Shown here: piece after piece, positions 29,095-38,326 of the stretch
How the letters are laid out: the number at the start of each line of letters is the position of its first letter
Numbering within the stretch: the first letter of the stretch is position 1
Origin: Clostridia bacterium
GTDB taxonomy: Bacteria > Bacillota > Clostridia > Christensenellales > Borkfalkiaceae
Length of the DNA stretch: 64,000 nucleotides
Reading direction: 5' to 3'
Assembly: GCA_900767815.1 (NCBI GenBank)
Contig: CAAGAM010000070.1
Span: 1,315 to 65,314 of the forward strand
Notes under the pieces: generated by a model
Told to the model about the DNA's origin: nothing
Seen by the model: the letters and a program-made list of their open reading frames with translations, nothing else
Database searches by the model: none
Position numbers and translations under genes: made by a program

Positions 29095-30813
29095 ATGAAA
29101 AAATTGTTACTCGGGGCTTTATCTTTAATAATGGCTCTCGGTTGCACCGTTGCATGCGGCGGCAACAACAACGGCGGCACTTCCGATGGCGGAAGTGCGT
29201 CGGAAAAACCTTCGGGCGTTACCAATCCGTATGCGCTTAAGGTGTTCAACTTCAACGGCGGCTACGGCTCGGAATGGCTCAGCGCGCTCGAAAAACGTTA
29301 TGAAGCCGAAAAAGCGGGCAAAACGATCACTATCGACGGCAAAACTTACGACGGGATCGACGTGCAGATCGACGCGGTAAAGAAAGTCATGAAAGAAATG
29401 GCAGGAACTTACAATTTCGCCACAAATCACGTATATTTCCATGAGGACGTCTGGTATACCACTTATCTCAGAAACGGAAATACGTTTGCAGAGATGACCG
29501 AAGCTTTGACGACCGACAACCCGTATGAGCCCGGAACTACGCTCGAAAGCAAACTATCCGCCGAGCAGAAAGCTTATTTCAACGTAGACGGAAAATATTA
29601 CGGCATTCCTCACTATGCTGGATACGTAGGCGTAAACTACGATATAGATTTGTTTGAGGAGAAAGGATATTACCTTAAAGACGGTTATTCTTATAACGGA
29701 GACACGGCGACTCTCGCCGCGTGCTTCACGAACGTCGCCGCGGAAAAGACGGCGGGCCCCGACGGAAAGAAAGGTACCGACGACGACGGACTTCCCGCAA
29801 CTTACGACGAATTTTTCATGCTTTGCGGCTGGATTACTCAAAACGGTGATACGCCGATAACTTGGGATAACGGAAACAGGCAGAAATACCTTAACTGGTT
29901 CATTTCGTCTCTTGCAGCAAGTTACGAAGGTCTTGAGCAGACAAATCTTAACTACACGTTCTCGGGAACGGCTAAAAATCTCGTAAGCGTTGCAAACGAC
30001 GGTACTGTTACAAAACTTCCGGAAACGGAAATCTCGTCCGAGAACGGTTACGAACTCGCAAAACAAGCGGGCAAATATTACGGACTTACGTTTATCGAAC
30101 AATTGGCGAAAAACGATTGGTACTATAGCCCCGCGGGACTTACCAATACCGACGCTCAGGATAAGTTCATTCAAGGAATAGGCGAAACTTACGTCGCTAT
30201 GCTTATGGACGGCGTTTGGTGGGAAAACGAAGCCGATTCCACGTTTACGTCCGAAGAGCTTGCCGGAATGCCTTCCAGAAAAGACAGAAACTACGGTTTT
30301 ATGCCTCTTCCTGCGGCAACTAACGAGAAAGCGACCGAAAGAGCGAACGCGCTTAACGCGGGCAAAAACGGATATACGCTTCTCGATACTCACAATTCGC
30401 TCTGCTTCATCGGCAAAGGCTTATCCGAGGACGCGAGAAAACTCGCCATCGATTTCATTCAGTTCGCTTACACCGACAATTCGCTTGCGGAATTTTCGAT
30501 AACCACCGATACCACGAAGGCTTTGAAATATACGATGAGCGATGCCGATAAGGCGAAAATGTCCGCTTACGGACGTTCGATAATCAACATGCAGGAAAGA
30601 GCGGACGTCGTATATTCGTTTTCCAGAGAGAAATTCTATCAGGATAACGAAGCTTCTCTTGCCGAATATGACGCGGCGTTCAGAGCGGAAGTCGACGGCA
30701 ACACCGTATCCGTACCCCTCGATTCGTTTGTCGGCGGAAAGTCGGTTAAAACTTATTTCGACGGATTGTATACGTATAGAAAGAATACGCTTTGGAATTC
30801 TTTGGCTAAATAA
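29095..30813 (+). CDS. ABC transporter extracellular solute-binding lipoprotein (family 1, sugar)
   Basis: Lipoprotein signal (LIMALGC), a Gly/Asn/Ser-rich linker, and 572 aa typical of sugar-binding proteins. Upstream of two permease genes. Confidence 0.7.
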   Translation: MKKLLLGALSLIMALGCTVACGGNNNGGTSDGGSASEKPSGVTNPYALKVFNFNGGYGSEWLSALEKRYEAEKAGKTITIDGKTYDGIDVQIDAVKKVMKEMAGTYNFATNHVYFHEDVWYTTYLRNGNTFAEMTEALTTDNPYEPGTTLESKLSAEQKAYFNVDGKYYGIPHYAGYVGVNYDIDLFEEKGYYLKDGYSYNGDTATLAACFTNVAAEKTAGPDGKKGTDDDGLPATYDEFFMLCGWITQNGDTPITWDNGNRQKYLNWFISSLAASYEGLEQTNLNYTFSGTAKNLVSVANDGTVTKLPETEISSENGYELAKQAGKYYGLTFIEQLAKNDWYYSPAGLTNTDAQDKFIQGIGETYVAMLMDGVWWENEADSTFTSEELAGMPSRKDRNYGFMPLPAATNEKATERANALNAGKNGYTLLDTHNSLCFIGKGLSEDARKLAIDFIQFAYTDNSLAEFSITTDTTKALKYTMSDADKAKMSAYGRSIINMQERADVVYSFSREKFYQDNEASLAEYDAAFRAEVDGNTVSVPLDSFVGGKSVKTYFDGLYTYRKNTLWNSLAK

Positions 30814-30828
30814 CAAACAATAAATACG

Positions 30829-30855
30829 GCGAGCCGCCGAAAAAAGGCGGCTCGC
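30829..30855. other. 10-bp perfect stem-loop between binding-protein and permease genes
   Basis: GCGAGCCGCC-GAAAAAA-GGCGGCTCGC followed by an A-run on the + strand rather than a U-run. Possible mRNA-processing/stability element or partial terminator. Confidence 0.4.
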
Positions 30856-30896
30856 AAAAAAAGTTAAAAATACGAAAAAGCATTTCGGGAGAAAAA

Positions 30897-31901
30897 ATGG
30901 CTCAAGTTACGATAAAAGAAAACACGGGAACGAAAAATTCGGGAGGCGGGAATTTTTCGCAAAAAAAACCCGTCAATAAAGATTTAATATTTTATAGTCT
31001 GATGATGATCTGGCCCGTCCTTCAGTTCGCTGTGTTTTATATCGGGGTCAATTTCAATTCCGTGCTGATGGCGTTTCAAAAAGTCAGTTACGTAGACCCT
31101 TCGGCAGCGGGCGCGAACGGCGGAGCAACCATATCGGTATTTTCGTTGGAGCAGTTTCGAAAAGTGTTTAAGTGGTTCGCGGGGAGCGAATTTCGCTCGC
31201 TTATGGGCGTTTCGGTTAAATTTTACGTATATACGTTAATCGTTTCCGTGCCTTTGGGATTATTGTTTTCGTACTATATCTACAAAAAATTCGCGGGGTG
31301 GAGTATGTTCCGCGCGATGCTTTTCTTGCCGTCGATATTATCGGGCGTAGTTATGGGAGCGATTTACAAATTTTTCTGCAACAGCGGGATAACCGAAATA
31401 GTCGCTAAAATAACGGGCAACGCGAAAGTGCTTTCGATTCTGGATATAAACAGCGGAAAGACGTTTGCCGCAATACTGTTTTTTAATTTATGGATAAGTT
31501 TCGGCACGTCCGTGCTTATGTATTCGAACAAAATGTCGGGGCTGGATCAAGAGGTCGTCGAAGCCGCTCATATCGACGGAGCTACGGGCATAAAGGAATT
31601 CTGGCATATCACGATGCCTTATGTTTATCCTACTTTTTCGGTGTTTTTAATAACGGGTTTCGCACAAATCTGCTCGAATCAATATAACCTTTATAATATT
31701 TACGGCGCATACGGCACAGATCCCGCCGTGAGAAATATGGGTTATTTTCTGTTTACCGAAGTCGCGGGCAAATTCTCCGTCGGAGGACTTCCCGAACTTC
31801 CCTATTATTCCGCAATGAGCGTCATAATAACGCTGGTGGCGATCCCGGTGACGTTTGCGGTCAAATGGGTCGTTGAAAAATTCGGACCGAGCGAGGACTG
31901 A
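30897..31901 (+). CDS. ABC sugar transporter permease (MalF/CUT1-like)
   Basis: Multiple TM helices. EAA loop EAAHIDGATGIKEFWHITMPYVYP. Confidence 0.75.
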   Translation: MAQVTIKENTGTKNSGGGNFSQKKPVNKDLIFYSLMMIWPVLQFAVFYIGVNFNSVLMAFQKVSYVDPSAAGANGGATISVFSLEQFRKVFKWFAGSEFRSLMGVSVKFYVYTLIVSVPLGLLFSYYIYKKFAGWSMFRAMLFLPSILSGVVMGAIYKFFCNSGITEIVAKITGNAKVLSILDINSGKTFAAILFFNLWISFGTSVLMYSNKMSGLDQEVVEAAHIDGATGIKEFWHITMPYVYPTFSVFLITGFAQICSNQYNLYNIYGAYGTDPAVRNMGYFLFTEVAGKFSVGGLPELPYYSAMSVIITLVAIPVTFAVKWVVEKFGPSED

Positions 31902-31911
31902 GGAGGGTAAA

Positions 31912-32898
31912 ATGAAAAAGATCAAATTCGAAAATAAAAAGAAAAATAAGTTCACTCCTTTGGCAATCGTATTGTTGGTCCTTCTGTGCGTATACTGTTT
32001 ATCTATACTTTTTTCTCTGTATTGGTCGGTTTTAACGTCGCTCAAAATCAACAACAACGTTTTCGAATACAGCAAATTCGGATTGCCGAAATATTCGTAT
32101 TGGAAAACTCTTGACGGAAACAGAACGGAAAAGAGGATCGCCGCGGCGGTTAAACTTGCCGAAGCGGACGGCGGCGCGCTGTTTTATACATACAGAAACA
32201 TATGGAAATATTTCGTTATAAAAATTTCTAGCGATAATGTCGTTCGTATGCCGACGATGTATCTCTATTCGTTTTTATATGCGTTCGGTTCGGCGATAAC
32301 CAGCACCTTGGTTCCGTGTATTGCGGCATATCTTTGCGCGAGATACGATTTTAAATTTTCAAAAATAATGCGCAACACGGTAATAGTCGTCATGATTATA
32401 CCGATAATCGGCTCGATGCCGTCGGAAATAGCGATGGCCAAAAGGCTCAACATGCTCGATACGTTCTGGGGCCTCTGGGTTATGAAAGCTAACTTTTTGG
32501 GCCTTTATTTTCTCGTTTTTTACGATATTTTCAAAGCTATGCCGAAAGCGTTCAGCGAGGCGGCTAAAATAGACGGCGCGAGCAATATGCAAATACTTGT
32601 ACAAATCGGTTTACCGCTTGCAAAAAACACGATTTCCACCGTCTTTCTGATAAGGTTCGTGGAATTTTGGAACGATTATCAGACTCCGATGGTGTTTATG
32701 TCGAGCATGCCCACGGTCGCAAGCGGCTTAAACAGTCTGATAAACGGAAACCTTGAAACTAACGAGGCTTTCAATCCTCAGCATACGCCCGCAAGAATGG
32801 CGGCGGTCGTTATGACGGGGCTACCAGTATTGGTTTTGTTTTTGGTGTTCCAAAACAAACTGATGAGCAATCTGACGATGGGCGGAGTTAAAGGCTGA
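31912..32898 (+). CDS. ABC sugar transporter permease (MalG-like)
   Basis: ATG at 31912 after an AGGAGGG RBS. EAA-like loop SEAAKIDGASNMQILVQIGLP. Six TM helices. Confidence 0.7.
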   Translation: MKKIKFENKKKNKFTPLAIVLLVLLCVYCLSILFSLYWSVLTSLKINNNVFEYSKFGLPKYSYWKTLDGNRTEKRIAAAVKLAEADGGALFYTYRNIWKYFVIKISSDNVVRMPTMYLYSFLYAFGSAITSTLVPCIAAYLCARYDFKFSKIMRNTVIVVMIIPIIGSMPSEIAMAKRLNMLDTFWGLWVMKANFLGLYFLVFYDIFKAMPKAFSEAAKIDGASNMQILVQIGLPLAKNTISTVFLIRFVEFWNDYQTPMVFMSSMPTVASGLNSLINGNLETNEAFNPQHTPARMAAVVMTGLPVLVLFLVFQNKLMSNLTMGGVKG

Positions 32899-33010
32899 GA
32901 TTTCAATGGTTTGAAAAATTGCCGTTAATCGGCATATAGGCGCACTTAATAAAAAAAGATAACAACGAAAATAAAAATTTTCGAGGATATAATATCAAGG
33001 AGGAAACATA

Positions 33011-36000
33011 ATGAAGAAATTGCTTCTCGGGCTTTTTGCCGCGGTCGGAGTTTTTGCCACTACGTTTTTCGTCGGTTCCGTCGCGCGAAGCGCTCAACCG
33101 GAAACGTGGGACGAAATATCGTTGCCCGCTTCGATCGTCTTAGACGATACGCTTGAACTTCCCGCCGTGAACATGACGGTCGGAGGGAAGAGATACGAGG
33201 CGAAAACCAAACTCGTTTATCCCGACAAAACGGCGGTTGTCAGAACCGCGGACTACACCGAGGCGAAACTGAGCGTCGCGGGCGTTTATACGCTTTCTTT
33301 CGAGGCGAAGGACGACGGCGGAGCGAGATACATCAAGAAGGAAACTTTTCTCGTGGCAGACAAACTTTTCAAAGTTACCGATCAGAAAAGTTCTGTCTAT
33401 TATGGTCATGACGATTTAGCCGAAGAAGGCGTAAACGGACTTATGGTCAAAATGACGAGAAAGGATACCTTGACTTTCGGAAAAATCATCGACCTAACGG
33501 ATATTACAAAAGATACTGTGCTTGTTTCGGGTTTTATTACCCCGTCGAAACAAGGATCGTATGATTTTGACAGAATTGTGTTTACGTTTACCGACGTTTA
33601 CGATCCCGAATGCACTCTTTCTTTCCAAGGGCGCAGATCGTTAAGCCCGGACGTTCACGCTAACGGAATAAGTTATTGGATGGCGTGGGGCAACGGGCAG
33701 AAAGGTTCCGGTTTTGAAAATTCAATCTTCCACCACGGAGACGTTTGGGGAACGCCCTATGTTCATAGTTTCCTTGCGATGAGTACGGGCAGAGGCGATC
33801 CGCTTACGTCTTATCCGCAGCCGTCGAATACGAACGAGTTCAAGTTGAGATTCGACCCTCGCGAAGTTAAGGCATACGTCGCCGATAACTATATTACCGA
33901 TCTCGACGACCCTCTTCTTCACGACGGAGAGAATATATGGAGCGGATTCACGAGCGGAAAAGTCAGACTTTCCGTAAACGTTTACGACGTCGCGGGGGAA
34001 ACGGCTGAATTTTGTCTTACTTCGGTTTTGGGTTACGATCTTGCGGGCGAAAACACGTTCGTCGAGGCGGACGCGCCCGTGATAACCGTCGAAGATAAGG
34101 ACGGAATAACCGACGAGAACGGAAATTGTTTGCCGCTTGCGGTAGTCGGCGGGTCTTATCCCGTTTTATCCGCTACGGCTTTTGACGAATATTCGGGTGA
34201 AACCGCGGTGAAAACCGCCGTATACTACAATTATGCGGATGCCCAATCGAGAACGACGTGCGTTATAGAAAACGGAAGATTTTCCGTTCACAACATCGGT
34301 AAATACACGGTCGTTTACACCGCGATGGACAGAAACGGCAACGCGGCGATTAAACTCTTGCGCATAACCGCGGTCGGGAAGCTCGATAAATCGCTTTCCG
34401 TTTCTGTAAATCCGACCGTAACCTCGGGCGTATGCGGCGAAAAAATATTCGCGGCGGAGCCTGTAACGGACGGCGGCAGCGGAACGATAGTGGTGAAGGC
34501 GTGGGCGGAACTCGGCGACGAAAAAATAGAAATAGAGAACGGCGCGTTCCTACCCGAAAGTGCGGGCGAGTGGATTGTTCGCTATGTCGCGACGGATATA
34601 ACGGCTTTGACGGCGGAAACGTCTTATAAAGTTACTGTTTCTGCGGGCGATAAACCGATTCTTCCCGAAAAACTCGGTCTTCCCGAATATTTTATATCCG
34701 GAATGAAGTATCTCGTACCCGAAATTTACGCTACGGATTATACGACGGGCGTAAAAAAACAGGTTCTTGCAACGCTCTCAGTGACGGATAAGAACGGAAC
34801 GAAGGAATACAACGCGGGCGAAAATTATGCTCCCGAGGTCACAAGCTACGGAGACGAAGTCGTGTTGACGGTAAAAGCGGGCAACGCTTCCGCGGAAAAA
34901 CGCGTCAAAACGATCGTAAGCGTTGAAAACGGACTTCTCAAAATGGAGGAGTTGTTTTTCGGTGACGGTTTCGATACCGAAAAAACCGATAACGGGCTCA
35001 TTCTGACCGCAACCGAAAACGGAAACGTTTTATGGACGTTTGCAAATTCCGTCGCGGCTAAAAATGCGGGAGTTACGATCGCGGGCGTCAAGGGTAAGGA
35101 CGACTTCGGAAGTTTGAAAATCACATTCCGCGATTCCGTCGACGAGACAATTGCGATAACCGTGAAAATCGATAACGTAAAAGGCAAAAACGCGCATATT
35201 TCTTTCGGTAACGCCGACAGAGACATTTCTCAGGGATTCGCGTTGTCCGACAATGTTTTCGAGATAACTTTCGACGGAACGAACGTAAAAATCGGCAGAC
35301 TTTCGGTAGTCGTCGATAAAACCGACGGCGGAGAGGCGTTTAACGGATTCCCGTCGGGTAAGGCGTATATAAGCGCGGAAATGACTAACGCGAAAGCGGG
35401 CGCGGGATATATTATCAGAAAAATAGACAACAACCCGATAACCAAACTTTCGATCGACAGGATTAAACCGAGAATAGCCGTCAACGGCGATTACGGCGGA
35501 ATGTACGACATAGGCGACGAATATACGATCGCAAGCGCGATAGCTACGGACACGCTTTCTCCTTACGTAACGCTTTCGGTCACGGCAAGAACTCCTTCCG
35601 GGCAAATAGTCAAAGACGTTAACGGCGTTGAAATTCTCGGTGTTTCGGCGGATAGAAGTTATTCGTTCGCGATAACGGAATCCGGGCAATATAAGGTCGT
35701 GTATTCTGCGGCGGATCAGGCGGGTAACGTTGGTTCTCTGGAATACGGCATTAACATTCTCGACAAAGTTGCGCCGATGGTGAAAGTTGCTAAAACAACA
35801 AAAACGGCTAAGGTCGGAGATAAAATAAACCTTCCTAAAGTCGACGTTACGGATAATGTTTCGACGGCGGATAAAATAATCGTTTATCGCACGGTGAGAT
35901 GCCCCGACGGACGGCTCAACGTTATCGGAACGGGCAGCGAGACTTACGGCGACGAAATCACTAAAATAAATTACACTTATACCTTCCGTTATGCGGGAGA

Positions 36001-36076
36001 GTACAGATTCATGGTGCTTGCTATCGACGAAGCGGGTAATCAGACTTTAGCGGAATATACCGTTATCGTCGAGTAA
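33011..36076 (+). CDS. secreted 1021-aa multidomain protein (beta-sandwich/Ig-like domains; possible carbohydrate-binding or glycanase)
   Basis: Signal peptide MKKLLLGLFAAVGVFATTFFVGSVARSA. Several ~100-aa beta-rich segments. No confident catalytic motif recognised. Confidence 0.5.
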   Translation: MKKLLLGLFAAVGVFATTFFVGSVARSAQPETWDEISLPASIVLDDTLELPAVNMTVGGKRYEAKTKLVYPDKTAVVRTADYTEAKLSVAGVYTLSFEAKDDGGARYIKKETFLVADKLFKVTDQKSSVYYGHDDLAEEGVNGLMVKMTRKDTLTFGKIIDLTDITKDTVLVSGFITPSKQGSYDFDRIVFTFTDVYDPECTLSFQGRRSLSPDVHANGISYWMAWGNGQKGSGFENSIFHHGDVWGTPYVHSFLAMSTGRGDPLTSYPQPSNTNEFKLRFDPREVKAYVADNYITDLDDPLLHDGENIWSGFTSGKVRLSVNVYDVAGETAEFCLTSVLGYDLAGENTFVEADAPVITVEDKDGITDENGNCLPLAVVGGSYPVLSATAFDEYSGETAVKTAVYYNYADAQSRTTCVIENGRFSVHNIGKYTVVYTAMDRNGNAAIKLLRITAVGKLDKSLSVSVNPTVTSGVCGEKIFAAEPVTDGGSGTIVVKAWAELGDEKIEIENGAFLPESAGEWIVRYVATDITALTAETSYKVTVSAGDKPILPEKLGLPEYFISGMKYLVPEIYATDYTTGVKKQVLATLSVTDKNGTKEYNAGENYAPEVTSYGDEVVLTVKAGNASAEKRVKTIVSVENGLLKMEELFFGDGFDTEKTDNGLILTATENGNVLWTFANSVAAKNAGVTIAGVKGKDDFGSLKITFRDSVDETIAITVKIDNVKGKNAHISFGNADRDISQGFALSDNVFEITFDGTNVKIGRLSVVVDKTDGGEAFNGFPSGKAYISAEMTNAKAGAGYIIRKIDNNPITKLSIDRIKPRIAVNGDYGGMYDIGDEYTIASAIATDTLSPYVTLSVTARTPSGQIVKDVNGVEILGVSADRSYSFAITESGQYKVVYSAADQAGNVGSLEYGINILDKVAPMVKVAKTTKTAKVGDKINLPKVDVTDNVSTADKIIVYRTVRCPDGRLNVIGTGSETYGDEITKINYTYTFRYAGEYRFMVLAIDEAGNQTLAEYTVIVE

Positions 36077-36087
36077 GGAGGAAAGCG

Positions 36088-38247
36088 ATGAAAAAGAGAA
36101 TTATAGCGATGTTTTTAACGCTGATGTTCGCGATGAGCTGGATTGTTTCGTGCGGGAAAGAAAACAGCTCGTCTGGCAGCGGAAGTTCTTCTTCCGAAAA
36201 ACCCGAAGAAGTCAAAGAAAGCGTTTCGGACGTTACGGATAAGGACGTTCACTTGGTTTCGGAGGATAAACTTCTCCACAGAGTTTCGATAAAGCAATCG
36301 GACAGAGTTTTCGTTGCCGACGGAAAGACCGATTATAAGATTCTCGTCGGCGGATCGTCAAGCGTAATAATGAAAGCCGCTTCTTTTTTGAGCAATCAGA
36401 TCGGCGCATGCACGGGAGTTTATCCCGAAGTGGTTTACGACGCGGACGGAGACGGAATAATAGACGATAGCGGCGAAGCCGTAAACTGGACCGTCGATTC
36501 GAAATATCTTGTTCTCGATTGCCCTGCGCTCGAGAAAAAAGCTAACGTAAAATGGGCTACGGAAGAAGATAAATCGATAAATCTCGGATATAGCGGATAT
36601 ATGATGAAAACCGTCGGGAATACGTTGTTTATGACGGTAAACTCCGATTACGGTTATCAGACGGTCGTTCTTTCTTTCCTCAGAGAAGTTCTGGGTTACG
36701 AGTGGTTTTCGGAAGATACCATAACCTTTTCGAAAACGGGCGCGACCCTTCCCGATATAGATATAGTCGAAAAACCGGACTTCGATCTAAACTACCGTTC
36801 GGGGTATGTTTCCGAAAACGGCAAATTCGGTTCGGGGCAGACGGATGAAGAAGTTTTCGTTTTCACCGACGGAAGGTTCGTTCACAACTCGTTTAATTTC
36901 CTTCCGCCCTCGGTATATGCGGAGAGCAATCCTAAATGGTATTCCGACGAATGGGGAACATTCGAAAACGAATATGTACCCGCTCAGCTTTGCTACACCG
37001 CACACGGCGATAAGAATGAATACGACGCTATGCTCGATACCGCGGTAAAAAAGATGATGACCTATCTTGAAACGAACACGACGTCCTGCACGATTACGTT
37101 CACTCAGCAAGACAATTTCTCCGCTTGCGAATGCGCGACGTGCCTTGCCGCGGCAAACAAGTTCGGATCGATAAGTTCCACATATATTATGTTCGTGAAC
37201 GATCTTGAGGATAAAGTTCGCGCGGAACTCGAAAGGCAAGCAGAAGAAAGAGGGGAAGAATCGAGAAAACTCACTATTTTGTTTTTTGCTTACAACGCGA
37301 CTAAAAACGCGCCCGTTTTCGGGGAAACCAAAGACGACTACGAAGTTGCCGTAAATCCCGACAACAAAATAGTCGTTGACGGCGAAGATCGCGTTTTGCC
37401 GTACAACAAGACATATGAAAACGGAATAGTCTGCAACGAAAATGTAGGCTGTTTCTGGGCTCCCATCGGCGCGAATTTCAACAAGTCTTTCTATGAGGAT
37501 ACTCCGGCAAACAAGGAGACCAGACAGAGTCTTGAGAAATGGGGGCTTTTAACCGATAAACTTTACGCGTGGATTTACGATACCAATTTCAGACTTTTCC
37601 TTTATCCGTATAATTCATACGATTCCGTCGTGGAAACTGCGAGATGTTTAAAGGAAAACAACGCGGATTTCTTGTTCGTTCAGGCTCAGGGTTCTTATGG
37701 CGGACAGACGAATGCATTTACTCCTTGTTTCGGTGCGCTTAAAACCTATACTGCTATGAGCGTGAGATTCAACGTCAATATGGATTACGGTAAAGCGACG
37801 GACAGATTCTTTGAGAATTATTATCGCGACGCCGCTCCCGCGATGCGCGAATACTACGAAAAACTGACGAGTTACCTCAGACTTTTAGAGGAACAATATC
37901 CGTCGGTTTTCACGGGTAATATTTACGATACGTTCGTAAATCAGCCGAAATACTGGAGCATTTCGCTTATGAACGAGTGGCTCGGACTTTGCGACAAGGC
38001 TTACGCTTCGATCGAAAAATACAAAGCGACGGATTCGGAACTTTATGAAATTCTGAGAAAGCACATCACCGTCGAAACGTTGTTCCCGAGATTCGTTATA
38101 TGCGAAAACTACGGCGGGTACTATTCCAACGATGAAATTACTCGCATGAGACAAGAGTTTTACGACGATTGCGCGGATATAAAAATCGAGGCTTACGGCG
38201 AAAACATTGCGCTTTCCGACTGGTTCGCAAAGTGGGGCGTCGCTTAA
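36088..38247 (+). CDS. lipoprotein with conserved Cys-motif domain paralogous to the central domain of the 1724-aa protein (DUF4838-like putative glycan-active domain)
   Basis: Lipobox SWIVSCG and a Ser/Gly linker. The segment LCYTAHGD..ITFTQQDNFSACECATCLAAANKFG is shared with 43659..48833 (LCYTARGN..VTFSEQDNYDACKCSACQKSNSDGYN). Confidence 0.55.
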   Translation: MKKRIIAMFLTLMFAMSWIVSCGKENSSSGSGSSSSEKPEEVKESVSDVTDKDVHLVSEDKLLHRVSIKQSDRVFVADGKTDYKILVGGSSSVIMKAASFLSNQIGACTGVYPEVVYDADGDGIIDDSGEAVNWTVDSKYLVLDCPALEKKANVKWATEEDKSINLGYSGYMMKTVGNTLFMTVNSDYGYQTVVLSFLREVLGYEWFSEDTITFSKTGATLPDIDIVEKPDFDLNYRSGYVSENGKFGSGQTDEEVFVFTDGRFVHNSFNFLPPSVYAESNPKWYSDEWGTFENEYVPAQLCYTAHGDKNEYDAMLDTAVKKMMTYLETNTTSCTITFTQQDNFSACECATCLAAANKFGSISSTYIMFVNDLEDKVRAELERQAEERGEESRKLTILFFAYNATKNAPVFGETKDDYEVAVNPDNKIVVDGEDRVLPYNKTYENGIVCNENVGCFWAPIGANFNKSFYEDTPANKETRQSLEKWGLLTDKLYAWIYDTNFRLFLYPYNSYDSVVETARCLKENNADFLFVQAQGSYGGQTNAFTPCFGALKTYTAMSVRFNVNMDYGKATDRFFENYYRDAAPAMREYYEKLTSYLRLLEEQYPSVFTGNIYDTFVNQPKYWSISLMNEWLGLCDKAYASIEKYKATDSELYEILRKHITVETLFPRFVICENYGGYYSNDEITRMRQEFYDDCADIKIEAYGENIALSDWFAKWGVA

Positions 38248-38326
38248 CGATAAGTTTTTCAAATAATGAATTTTAGTCGGAGAGATCGTTTCTCCCCGCA
38301 AAAAATAATGTATCAGGAGAAAATGT

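Noticed and set aside
29554-30393. 279-aa minus-strand ORF within the solute-binding-protein gene
   Set aside because: Arg/Ser-rich antisense translation of a well-supported lipoprotein gene.
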